From: a virus
Virus record (IMG/VR): IMGVR_UViG_2849712525_000001
Strand: one strand, 5' to 3'
DNA: 64,000 bases
The notes under the pieces are model-generated. The model ran no database searches. It saw nothing but the letters and a program-made list of their open reading frames with translations, and was not told the origin of the DNA. Shown here piece by piece: positions 18,626-26,669 of the stretch (position 1 is the first letter of the stretch; the number at the start of each line of letters is the position of its first letter). The translations under genes were made by a program, and so were the position numbers.

Positions 18626-19705
18626 TCATTTAATGACCCATTGAAGTTTTGAATCATCAGTAAAATATAATTCTCCTCCATAATCAGAGCACCAACTTTT
18701 GTCCAAATTGACTTTTTCTTCATTGTTTTTCAATTCTATTTCATAATCTTGTTTCATCTGAGAAACTAAATTATCTTCTCGTGAAATTGAAATATTACTC
18801 TTCAAAGTTTTGTTTATAATAACATTTCCACTAATAAGACTATCTTTAAATTCATCTATAGTGGCTTTTTTAATGATTTTTTTATATATTTTTTTATTTG
18901 CACTTTCATAACAACAAATCTGTAATACTTTGCGTATTTGAAAATTAGGCTCATATCTTCCTGCTAAATAAATAATTATTGGGTTTACATAGTTACTAAA
19001 TGTAAAAAGTCTTTTTTCTTTATCATCTAATTTTAGAGGAAATAAAATGATATAATCATATTTTTTATTTTCATCTAATTCACATAAAGAAGAACAAGTG
19101 TCCTCAACTCCATTATAGTTATAGATAATTTCATAATTCAAAAAATAATTATTTATAAGTTTTTTAATATCCTCATACTCTTTTATTTCTTTCAAAGGCT
19201 TTGCTTTCATTTTCTTTTGATTAAGAACATCAATAATAATATTTATGTATTCTTCTGTGACATTTTTATTATTAATAAATATAGGCTCAGATGTAAAATC
19301 GGTTGTACGATATAACTGAATTGTTTTTTCTCTATATATTTCATTTAAAACGTTAGCTACTTTATCAATATGATTGACATAAATATCCTTTTTCAAGAAA
19401 ATATTTTCAATATAAAACTTTAAAACATCTTGCCAATTATTATTAACAAATAAATTTTCCATATCTTCTGGTGATGTAACATAAAAAAGTGTTTTTAACT
19501 TATCCATCAAAATCTCTGATTTTATAAATGAGTCTTTTGTAAACATACTACTTAATTTATTATAATTGTCTATAGTTTCCTCTACATTTTCTCGAAGATG
19601 TTTTCCATGAAAAGCTTCTTCAAGGTTATTATAATATTTTTCCTTATACAAAAAACCATCTGAATATGTCGGTGACAGATTTAACTCTTTAATATTTGTT
19701 ATCAT
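18626..19705 (-). CDS. hypothetical protein, paralog of 53729..54880
   Basis: N-terminus NLSPTYSDGFLYKEKYYNNLEEAFHGKHL matches NLYPKDTNGFYYKRKYYSNIKDALEGKHL of the 53729 gene. Confidence 0.55.
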   Translation of the reverse strand: MITNIKELNLSPTYSDGFLYKEKYYNNLEEAFHGKHLRENVEETIDNYNKLSSMFTKDSFIKSEILMDKLKTLFYVTSPEDMENLFVNNNWQDVLKFYIENIFLKKDIYVNHIDKVANVLNEIYREKTIQLYRTTDFTSEPIFINNKNVTEEYINIIIDVLNQKKMKAKPLKEIKEYEDIKKLINNYFLNYEIIYNYNGVEDTCSSLCELDENKKYDYIILFPLKLDDKEKRLFTFSNYVNPIIIYLAGRYEPNFQIRKVLQICCYESANKKIYKKIIKKATIDEFKDSLISGNVIINKTLKSNISISREDNLVSQMKQDYEIELKNNEEKVNLDKSWCSDYGGELYFTDDSKLQWVIK

Positions 19706-19980
19706 ATAACACCTCTCTCGTCCATCTAAAGGCTTTATAGTAGCCTTTTAAAAACTAGTTAAAATAAATCAATACTCCTTAAAAACCCCTGCTGGCATCT
19801 GCCATATATATTCTGGAGTGCTTTTCAGTATTCTGACTTACCATGCCAATATCAGAAGTTTGATGAACTGAAAAGAATTTTTTGAATAAGGTTTTACATG
19901 GATATTTATATACCTTATACCTGTAGAGGAAAATTTTAGAATATGTTATCAGCAAAAACAATTTATATCCTAAATAATAT

Positions 19981-20020
19981 TTGGTGCTCATAGTAGGATT
20001 TGAACCTACATATGGGCATT
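19981..20020 (-). pseudogene. 3' tRNA fragment (T-arm + acceptor + CCA, 40 nt)
   Basis: Reads as GTAGG-TTCAAAT-CCTAC-TATGAGC-A-CCA on minus strand but abuts tRNA-Ile, leaving no room for a 5' half. Confidence 0.4.
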
Positions 20021-20096
20021 TTGGTAGGAATAATAGGAATCGAACCTATATTGCACGATTATCGGTCGTGAGTACTCACCAGTTGTACGATACTCC
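20021..20096 (-). tRNA. tRNA-Ile (anticodon GAT)
   Basis: Anticodon arm CACGA-CCGATAA-TCGTG, T-loop TTCGATT, acceptor with one G-U pair, CCA encoded. Confidence 0.8.
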
Positions 20097-20174
20097 TATA
20101 TGGTATCCGTTGGTGGTAATGCTCCACCGTCTTCAACTTGTAAGGATGATGTTTTCCTTTTAAACTAAACGGAT

Positions 20175-20251
20175 ATGGTCTCGATAAAAGGATTTGAACC
20201 TTTACAAACTCGGTCCCAGGCCGAGTGCACTACCAAATTATGCTATATCGA
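20175..20251 (-). tRNA. tRNA-Pro (anticodon TGG)
   Basis: Anticodon arm CTCGG-CCTGGGA-CCGAG, T-loop TTCAAAT, CCA. Confidence 0.8.
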
Positions 20252-20377
20252 GAGGAAAGAGAATATCTCTTCCGTATTTATGCTGGACCAGACATAATAT
20301 GTTTATCTATCACTACAATAGACTGGACTCCGAGATACTTCCCAATATCTTATCTTTACCTTATTTCATGAAGGAAA

Positions 20378-20452
20378 TTGGCACCTCTTGAAGGAATTGA
20401 ACCCTCATCGTGGAGGTAGAAACTCCATGCTCTATCCATTAAGCTAAAGAGG
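20378..20452 (-). tRNA. tRNA-Arg (anticodon TCT)
   Basis: Anticodon arm TGGAG-TTTCTAC-CTCCA, D-arm GCTTAATGGATAGAGC, CCA. Confidence 0.8.
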
Positions 20453-20655
20453 TAATAATGATAACTATTTATCGCAATAGCCTTAGCATCTGACTCCTTA
20501 TACAGAATATACTTTCATTTTCTATTCTTTCATGCACTTTCAAATATACTAAGAAAATATATATTTTCGTCAAAGCCAACCTCCTAGCTCGTGACTATCT
20601 GCATCCATTGCTTATGCAGTTTCCACATGGTTTTATTTAATAAATTATATAATCA

Positions 20656-20732
20656 TTGGTGGACGATATAGGATTCGAACCTATGACCAGTCGGTTATGA
20701 GCCGACAGCTCTGACCATCTGAGCTAAACGTC
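20656..20732 (-). tRNA. tRNA-Met or Ile2 (anticodon CAT), elongator type
   Basis: Anticodon arm GTCGG-CTCATAA-CCGAC, D-arm TAGCTCAGATGGTCAGAGC; one U-U mismatch in acceptor stem. Confidence 0.7.
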
Positions 20733-20743
20733 CATATTTTTAA

Positions 20744-20822
20744 AATGGTGGAAACTTTGGAATTCGAATCCAACTGATTTCCTGTGTGCAAAACAGGTGA
20801 CCACACCTAGCAGTCCCAGTTC
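20744..20822 (-). tRNA. tRNA-Ala (anticodon TGC)
   Basis: Anticodon arm CCTGT-TTTGCAC-ACAGG; G3-U70 Ala identity pair; T-loop TTCGAAT; 7-nt variable loop. Confidence 0.65.
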
Positions 20823-20835
20823 CCAATAATACATT

Positions 20836-20923
20836 ATGGCGCTGACTATAGGACTCGAACCTATGCTAGATTTACATCTAGTACGGTTTAGCAAACCGCT
20901 GCTTTACCACTCAGCCAAGTCAG
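20836..20923 (-). tRNA. tRNA-Ser (anticodon GCT), type II
   Basis: Anticodon loop TTGCTAA, long variable arm ACTAGATGTAAATCTAGC, 88 nt, CCA. Confidence 0.8.
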
Positions 20924-20931
20924 CAAAAATA

Positions 20932-21018
20932 TTGGTACTCCTAATGGGAATCGAACCCATACGAGCTTTTGCCCACAGAAGTTTAAGTTCTGTATGTCTA
21001 CCGATTTCATCATAGGAG
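20932..21018 (-). tRNA. tRNA-Leu (anticodon TAA), type II
   Basis: Anticodon arm CAGAA-CTTAAAC-TTCTG, long variable arm, CCA. Confidence 0.8.
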
Positions 21019-21021
21019 TAT

Positions 21022-21106
21022 TTGGTCTTCTCGAAGAGATTTGAACTCTTACGCTATAAAGCACTAGTTTCTAAAACTAGCATGTCTACCTATTCCATCA
21101 CGAGAA
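21022..21106 (-). tRNA. tRNA-Leu (anticodon TAG), type II
   Basis: Anticodon arm CTAGT-TTTAGAA-ACTAG, long variable arm, CCA. Confidence 0.8.
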
Positions 21107-21111
21107 GATGA

Positions 21112-21188
21112 TTGGTGGTTTCAGATGGACTTGAACCAACGCTACGAGAAGTTTCAGTTATCTGCTCTACCAGATTGAGCTATGAAAC
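21112..21188 (-). tRNA. tRNA-Phe (anticodon GAA)
   Basis: D-arm TAGCTCAATCTGGTAGAGC, anticodon loop CTGAAAC; one mismatch each in anticodon and T stems. Confidence 0.7.
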
Positions 21189-21202
21189 CAGATGATAAAA
21201 TA

Positions 21203-21277
21203 TTGGCACCTCTGTAAGGAGTCGAACCTTAAGTTTTGGTTTTGGAGACCAATGTGTTCCCTTTTACACTACAGAGA
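21203..21277 (-). tRNA. tRNA-Trp (anticodon CCA)
   Basis: Anticodon arm TTGGT-CTCCAAA-ACCAA, T-loop TTCGACT, CCA. Confidence 0.8.
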
Positions 21278-21279
21278 TA

Positions 21280-21356
21280 TTGGCATCAGGGAGAGGGCTC
21301 GAACCTCTAAATGTGGGAGTCAAGGTCCCATGTGCTTACCAGTTTCACCACCCTGA
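21280..21356 (-). tRNA. tRNA-Gln (anticodon TTG)
   Basis: Anticodon arm TGGGA-CCTTGAC-TCCCA, T-loop TTCGAGC, CCA. Confidence 0.75.
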
Positions 21357-21371
21357 TATCTAAATAGATTT

Positions 21372-21440
21372 AGTATACTTAGAAGTGGTTGAACCCTCAT
21401 ACCCTCTATTAGAAGTCGAGTGCATTACCAACTTTGCTAC
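21372..21440 (-). pseudogene. degenerate tRNA-like element
   Basis: Good 5' half (acceptor + D-arm TAGCAAAGTTGGTAATGCA) but anticodon and T stems do not pair and no CCA; contains direct repeat TTAGAAGT. Confidence 0.3.
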
Positions 21441-21470
21441 AAGTACAATATGTAATTATGAAATTTTTTA

Positions 21471-21557
21471 ATGGTGGGCCCCCCTGGATTCGAACCAGCA
21501 GCGTTTCTAATGTCACAGATTTACAGTCTGCTTCCTTCACCAATTTGGATAGAGACC
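21471..21557 (-). tRNA. tRNA-Tyr (anticodon GTA), type II
   Basis: Anticodon loop CTGTAAA, long variable arm, acceptor with two G-U pairs, CCA. Confidence 0.8.
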
Positions 21558-21564
21558 CATATGT

Positions 21565-21651
21565 TTGGCGCTCAGTGAGGGACTCGAACCCCCAAGTCCT
21601 TTCAGACCAACTGTTTTCAAGACAGCACGACTACCAATTATCACAACTGAG
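21565..21651 (-). tRNA. tRNA-Ser (anticodon TGA), type II
   Basis: Anticodon loop CTTGAAA, long variable arm TGGTCTGAAAGGACTTG, CCA; TATAAT 8 nt upstream of 5' end. Confidence 0.8.
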
Positions 21652-21835
21652 CGTTTTTAAATTATAAATATTGATTGACCTCACAACACTCCTATGAAAT
21701 CACCCAATGGTCTATTGACAAGAAAGATATCATCTCAGAGTTTTTAATTATCTACTGTAAACTTTTTTTTACAATAATAAATAATCACAAGCTATACTTT
21801 TATGGTAGATACTGGAGAAAGTAACTAATGATTAA

Positions 21836-21909
21836 TGGTATCCGAGGTGGGAGTCGAACCCACGATATCTGATAGAGCGCTAAAGCGTAAACTGCTTGCC
21901 AACTCGGAC
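21836..21909 (-). tRNA. aberrant tRNA-like gene (canonical T-arm/acceptor/CCA, no standard D/anticodon arms)
   Basis: 3' half GTGGG-TTCGACT-CCCAC + CTCGGAT-A-CCA pairs with 5' GTCCGAG, but the interior only forms AAGC-AGTTTAC-GCTT (possible TTT anticodon) directly after the acceptor. Confidence 0.35.
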
Positions 21910-21914
21910 ATATT

Positions 21915-21991
21915 TGGCGGACCCTACAGGACTTGAACCTGTGACCCTTACGTTAACAGCGCATCGCTCTAACCAACTGAGCTAAAGGTCC
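21915..21991 (-). tRNA. tRNA-Asn (anticodon GTT)
   Basis: D-arm TAGCTCAGTTGGTTAGAGC, anticodon loop CTGTTAA, T-arm ACAGG-TTCAAGT-CCTGT, CCA. Confidence 0.75.
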
Positions 21992-22012
21992 ATAAAATAA
22001 TAAAATGATACT

Positions 22013-22087
22013 TGGAGTGGGTAAAGGGAATCGAACCCTCATCCTCTGCTTGGAAGGCAGATATACGAACCATTATACTATACCCAC
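22013..22087 (-). tRNA. tRNA-Gly (anticodon TCC)
   Basis: Anticodon arm TCTGC-CTTCCAA-GCAGA, T-loop TTCGATT, CCA. Confidence 0.8.
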
Positions 22088-22091
22088 AATA

Positions 22092-22167
22092 TGGTGCCAT
22101 CTGAGAGATTCGAACTCCCAACCAACTGATTACAGGTCAGCTGCACTTCCAGTTGTGCTAAGGTGGC
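22092..22167 (-). tRNA. tRNA-Thr (anticodon TGT)
   Basis: Anticodon loop CCTGTAA, T-arm TGGGA-GTTCGAAT-CTCTC region, CCA; C5-A68 mismatch. Confidence 0.75.
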
Positions 22168-22171
22168 AAAT

Positions 22172-22246
22172 TGGCGGAACATAGGAGAATTGAACTCCTA
22201 TCTCTTGATAGACAGTCAAGTATATTTTCCATTATACGAATGCTCC
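22172..22246 (-). tRNA. tRNA-Asp (anticodon GTC)
   Basis: Anticodon arm CTTGA-CTGTCTA-TCAAG, T-arm AGGAG-TTCAATT-CTCCT, CCA. Confidence 0.8.
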
Positions 22247-22247
22247 A

Positions 22248-22324
22248 TGGTTGCAGAGGCAGGATTTGAACCTGCGACCTCAGGATAATGAGTCCTGCGA
22301 GCTACCAAACTGCTCTACTCTACG
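22248..22324 (-). tRNA. initiator tRNA-fMet (anticodon CAT)
   Basis: C1-A72 mismatch; D-arm TAGAGCAGTTTGGTAGCTC and T-arm GCAGG-TTCAAAT-CCTGC match B. subtilis tRNA-fMet; anticodon stem AT-rich and loop CTCATTA (U37). Confidence 0.75.
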
Positions 22325-22430
22325 ATATTTCACAAAAGAAAAAGTTCCTCATACGAGAAACAATAAAAAAGAAAATTTAAAATATCTCGTTTATTGTTTG
22401 TTTTTCACTTCCTTTCGTGATTTCATAGTT

Positions 22431-22459
22431 ATTATAACATATAATATAAAATTAGTCAA
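22431..22459 (-). promoter_or_regulatory. sigma-A type promoter TTGACT-N17-TGTTATAAT (copy 3 of 3), likely tRNA-array promoter
   Basis: Same elements and spacing as 5171-5199 and 11431-11459; about 100 nt upstream of tRNA-fMet. Confidence 0.55.
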
Positions 22460-22463
22460 TATA

Positions 22464-22490
22464 TAAATAAAAAGTGCATATAAATGCACT
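22464..22490 (-). terminator. rho-independent terminator of 22522..22776
   Basis: Minus-strand hairpin AGTGCAT-TTAT-ATGCACT followed by U-run. Confidence 0.5.
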
Positions 22491-22521
22491 CTTCATTTCT
22501 ATAAACAACATTTAATACAAA

Positions 22522-22776
22522 TTAATACTCATAATCAATTAAAAAATCCTTGACTGTGTATTCATTTGATTTTAATCTTTCATCTTCAGCTTTTTCCATT
22601 GCTTTTTGAATTGCTTCCTCAAATGGAATTTCATCATCTGCAATTGCTAGCAGGATTTGGTTGATTTTATTATTGTCCTCTAAAATATGTTCAGCACATG
22701 ATTGTAATATATAATCATCACTATATCCAAAACTTTCTAATCTTTCTTTGACTTTATTTCTCATACTTACTTTCAT
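22522..22776 (-). CDS. small acidic hypothetical protein
   Basis: 84-aa ORF followed by terminator. Confidence 0.45.
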   Translation of the reverse strand: MKVSMRNKVKERLESFGYSDDYILQSCAEHILEDNNKINQILLAIADDEIPFEEAIQKAMEKAEDERLKSNEYTVKDFLIDYEY

Positions 22777-22830
22777 TTCTTTTTCCTTCTTTCTTTTTAA
22801 ATATTTTCTGCATAAGTTTTATATAATTTT

Positions 22831-23181
22831 TTAAATATAATTCCATCCATGAACTTCATTGTTCATAGCATAAACAAGCAACTCAAAAGGAGGAAGCTGT
22901 TCTATAGCTTCATAATAACGAGAAATTTGTTTTGCCCTTGCTAATAGGACAGTACAAACTTTTGAGCTTCTCGCATTTAAAATTAAAATAATTGCTTTTG
23001 ATAATAAAACATGAATCTCGGGACCATTGGGATGCCCTTTATCAACCCAAAAAATATCCACAATATTCTGTTTGTGAATGTTCTCTATTAACATTCTGTT
23101 TTGTCTTTGTTTCATATGCTTAGATTCTATAAGATTATCTAAGGATATATGAAAGTTTTGATTTTCCTTTATAATCATCAT
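22831..23181 (-). CDS. hypothetical protein
   Basis: 116-aa ORF with RBS. Confidence 0.45.
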   Translation of the reverse strand: MMIIKENQNFHISLDNLIESKHMKQRQNRMLIENIHKQNIVDIFWVDKGHPNGPEIHVLLSKAIILILNARSSKVCTVLLARAKQISRYYEAIEQLPPFELLVYAMNNEVHGWNYI

Positions 23182-23239
23182 AATTCTGTCCCTCCTTTTT
23201 GAATTGATGAAAATAACTGCAATCTTTCTTGCTAAAAAA

Positions 23240-23443
23240 TCAATTGTATTTTAGATGTAGATACATCAGAGCAAATACTAGCTCTGCAACTAAAAAAAGA
23301 CATCCATCTAATGCTGTCTTATCAACTACTCCTAAAAATACTAAAATCATAATTTTTAAATAATTTAAATTTAATAGTGCGAGAACTGGGATAATCATGG
23401 TTAATATGACATGATTCCACTTAACTCTTTGTAGAAGCTTCAT
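23240..23443 (-). CDS. small membrane protein
   Basis: 67 aa, two TM helices. Confidence 0.4.
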   Translation of the reverse strand: MKLLQRVKWNHVILTMIIPVLALLNLNYLKIMILVFLGVVDKTALDGCLFLVAELVFALMYLHLKYN

Positions 23444-23651
23444 AATTTCTCCTTTCCAACTTCTAATAATTTACGAATTTTCCCTCCAAAACTCATATCA
23501 GAATAAATTTATGGAACTCGTATAGATTACACTTATATTATAGCATAATCCTAAATATTATTAATTTTATATATGATAAGTCTAAATTTTATTAAATAAA
23601 AAAACTATGACCTATGAAAATATTTCTAAGGTTATAGTTCGTTTAGTTCCT

Positions 23652-25364
23652 TTATTCATCCCACCAGTTATAATTTTTAATGTCATCTTCAATCTGATGA
23701 GAGCTTGAGGATGATTGTTTTTTTATTTGCCTGATTGCTTCACTTTCTTGAATTCCCGGAGAAAACCATGCTGGTTTATCTGAGTTGTTCTTCAAATCAT
23801 TAAACAAAAATGTTAGAAAGCAGTTTATTTGATTATCTGGAGTCTTGAAAGAATATCCAGAGGTTTTTATTCTATCAAGAATATTAAGCATAATTGAATC
23901 AAAGGATGCCTGATGAATAATAAGTTTTTCAAGATTCATTATTAACAAATCCCCTTCTATCATTTTCGCTTCTTTACTCATATAGAATTTCTTAAAGAGC
24001 TTCAGTTTATTGAAGCAGGCATTGAGAAAGTCTTTATCAGTGTTTTCTATAAAGATTGAATTATAAATAGAAGAATTGATTTCATTAATTAAATTAATTA
24101 ATAAAGAATCGTTTTTATTATTTTCAGTATAAGTATTTAAAGTTTTATTAATGTTGATATCTTTTTCGCTATTTTGTTTCTTTCTTTTTGAAGAAATTGT
24201 TTCTTTCATATCTGATGAAATGATGGCTCTTGATGGAGTCTTGATATCTGTCAAATTCTCTGAATTATGGCTCTTTTCAATTTTTTCTTCATCATCACAA
24301 GTCAAATTCACGAAATTGTGGCTCTCATCTAATATGTCATAATCATCAAATTGTGGCTCACTGGATTCTTTCATGTCTATATCTTCAAGGTATTGCTTTA
24401 CAAATTGATATATTTTATCTGGGAAGTTTCTTGTTCCATTTTCCCATTTGGAATATGTCTGTTTATAAAGGCTTAATGAATATTTTTTATTTATAGCCTC
24501 TACTATCTGTTTTTGGGTTAAGTTATGCTTTAAGCGAAGCTGTTTAACATATGTATAATTTCTTTTATTTTTATTGATAATTAAATCTTCTTTGAGTTGG
24601 TCCATGCGACTCTTTAGATATAGTTTTTTGTTTTTGCTGTCTAAGCTTTCAAATTCTTCAACATTATCTTCAAAGTTGAAAAGTTTTAATAGATAGAAAC
24701 GGGTATCCTGTGAAAATGCTCTATATTCAAATAATAAACCACAGGCTTTTAAAAGATATCTTCCTCTTTTTAATGCTGACTGTCCAAGCCCTAATTTCTT
24801 TTCCTGAGTTTCAAGAGATTCTTGGAAGTATATTCTTTCTTTGTCATCCACAAAATAATTCATTTGAGATAAACACATTGTATCAAAGTATATAGAATAT
24901 TGAAGTTTTGTAGCTAGAGGTAGATTGTTATAGATATCATCAAATAATTCATTTGGAAACCTAAAGAAATTGTAACTATCTAAATCTGTTTCATAATAAA
25001 ACTCATCTGTTTCATCTTTTTTATTATAGTTATATAGATATATCTTATTATTTCCAACGCTTCGCTTATAGTTGATGAGTCCAACCCTCTTTAAATCTGC
25101 TCTTGCTCGGCAACATGTTGATTCACTAATTTTTAATTTATTCATTATATCAGAATCTGAGTAGATAATATAAGGACCACTGTTATCTTTATAAGTGGTA
25201 ATGATATATCTGTTTAAATAGAGAGAATACATAAACTTTGCTGGAACAGAAAGTTTTTTGAATCTATTATCTGAAAATAAGACTTTTGGTATAGATAAGA
25301 AAGCATCTATTTTTGTTGTATCATTAATATTATAGTATTTAGATTCTTTATCCATAGAAAACAC
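23652..25364 (-). CDS. plasmid/phage replication initiator, RepA_N family with central HTH
   Basis: N-terminal FLSIPKVLFSDNRFKKLSVPAKFMYSLYLNR ... GLINYKRSVGNNKIYLYN matches RepA_N; central HTH RLKHNLTQKQIVEAINKKYSLSLYKQTYSKWENG; 570 aa. Confidence 0.6.
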   Translation of the reverse strand: MFSMDKESKYYNINDTTKIDAFLSIPKVLFSDNRFKKLSVPAKFMYSLYLNRYIITTYKDNSGPYIIYSDSDIMNKLKISESTCCRARADLKRVGLINYKRSVGNNKIYLYNYNKKDETDEFYYETDLDSYNFFRFPNELFDDIYNNLPLATKLQYSIYFDTMCLSQMNYFVDDKERIYFQESLETQEKKLGLGQSALKRGRYLLKACGLLFEYRAFSQDTRFYLLKLFNFEDNVEEFESLDSKNKKLYLKSRMDQLKEDLIINKNKRNYTYVKQLRLKHNLTQKQIVEAINKKYSLSLYKQTYSKWENGTRNFPDKIYQFVKQYLEDIDMKESSEPQFDDYDILDESHNFVNLTCDDEEKIEKSHNSENLTDIKTPSRAIISSDMKETISSKRKKQNSEKDININKTLNTYTENNKNDSLLINLINEINSSIYNSIFIENTDKDFLNACFNKLKLFKKFYMSKEAKMIEGDLLIMNLEKLIIHQASFDSIMLNILDRIKTSGYSFKTPDNQINCFLTFLFNDLKNNSDKPAWFSPGIQESEAIRQIKKQSSSSSHQIEDDIKNYNWWDE

Positions 25365-25566
25365 CTCCTCCCTTTTTTATTATATCTTAATATATGAATA
25401 TAAGATTTGTATAATCTTATTTTAAAACCTATTTATTGGAGTTGTTTTACTTAATTTTCTTGACTTTTCTTATAAAAATGTTAAGATAAAAGTGCAAAAA
25501 ATCTCTTATGCCAAAAAGAGTATTATAAAAACAACTGTCCGCAATGCCAATTTGGACTAAACTGAT

Positions 25567-25593
25567 GACCGTCTGCCAGGACGGTTTTTCTTT
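25567..25593 (+). terminator. plus-strand terminator in rep leader (possible countertranscript RNA end)
   Basis: GACCGTC-TGCCAG-GACGGT + TTTTTCTTTT, antisense to the rep 5' leader; candidate TTGACT-N16-TAAGAT promoter at 25460-25487. Confidence 0.4.
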
Positions 25594-25870
25594 TATAGAA
25601 GTGCCACCTTCTAAAGAAAAAACAGCTTACTTGAACACACAACCTATGTCGTCGAAAATAATACTGAAATAGGTGATACACATCACCAAAAAGTGGTTAT
25701 GTGCTCAAATAAACTGTTTTATAAAAAAATATATTCAAATGTTAAAAAACTCAAGATAAAAAATGTTATTATTTTCGACACTAAGATTATAACAAAAATG
25801 GGAAAATAAAGCAAATGAAAAAAAGACATACATGAAAAGATGAAAATCTTTATGATGTATGTCTTTTTGC

Positions 25871-26272
25871 TTAAATGTGTGTGAGCTTAAAGCGCGGATG
25901 AGTTGTTAAGTTTGCAGCTTCAATAATAATAATCTCTTTTTTTGAATATTCTGTTTCATGGGTTATTGTCTTGATATATTTTAATCTAATTCGTTCTCCC
26001 TTTCTTGTAATGTAGTGCGAGAATCCATCAAATTGATTATGAGTTTTGTAGTATTTCTTTAAAAGTTCAAAAAGCTTTATTTTAACGTCATAGTCAAAAG
26101 AATTCTGACAATCTGCACATACAAAATTAATCTGTCGAGGCTTGCTCTCATCCATTTTAAATCCTTTGCCATTCAAATCCTTAATATTGGAGATATTCTG
26201 TCCAACATGACATGCACATATCAATGCAATTGAGCCCCAATCATTTAAGGGGAAGCTATCTAACTGAGACAT
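25871..26272 (-). CDS. hypothetical Cys-containing protein
   Basis: 133-aa ORF. Confidence 0.4.
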   Translation of the reverse strand: MSQLDSFPLNDWGSIALICACHVGQNISNIKDLNGKGFKMDESKPRQINFVCADCQNSFDYDVKIKLFELLKKYYKTHNQFDGFSHYITRKGERIRLKYIKTITHETEYSKKEIIIIEAANLTTHPRFKLTHI

Positions 26273-26573
26273 TGATATTAAAAACAGCTAATTCAGAGTC
26301 TGTATCTGCTATTTTTTCTAAAATAAACACAGGTGTAGAAATTTCTAGAATTTTGTTTTCAGTTTCTAAAAGCTTCCCTGCTCTGGCAATTGTTTTCATT
26401 GTGTTGGCAATGGCTCTGTTACCCATAGCCTTAATAGTTACTGTACTTCCTTCTTCAAGGAAATGCATTAAAGAACTTGAACATTTTGTAACATATGCAG
26501 GGATATCTTGAATCCCTTCTTCAGTTCTGATAACTCCTTTCGTGATTTTCATAACCTTATTTCCGTTTTTCAT
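26256..26573 (-). CDS. SpoVS-family protein
   Basis: VTIKAMGNRAIANTMKTIARAGKL resembles SpoVS IQAIGAGALNQAVKAVAIARGF; about 100 aa. Confidence 0.5.
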   Translation of the reverse strand: MKNGNKVMKITKGVIRTEEGIQDIPAYVTKCSSSLMHFLEEGSTVTIKAMGNRAIANTMKTIARAGKLLETENKILEISTPVFILEKIADTDSELAVFNINVSVR

Positions 26574-26669
26574 TTTCTACCTCCGTAGCTTTGCTACAGG
26601 AAATATTATATCATGTATTTATGAAATCAGTAAATTCGTTTGTGAATATAACAAATATACATATTTATC

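Noticed and set aside
19981-22466. Track ORFs 19981..20163, 20194..20391, 21434..21667 and 22251..22466 inside the tRNA array
   Set aside because: They overlap well-folded tRNA genes on the opposite strand and have no RBS; they are artefacts of the tRNA-dense region
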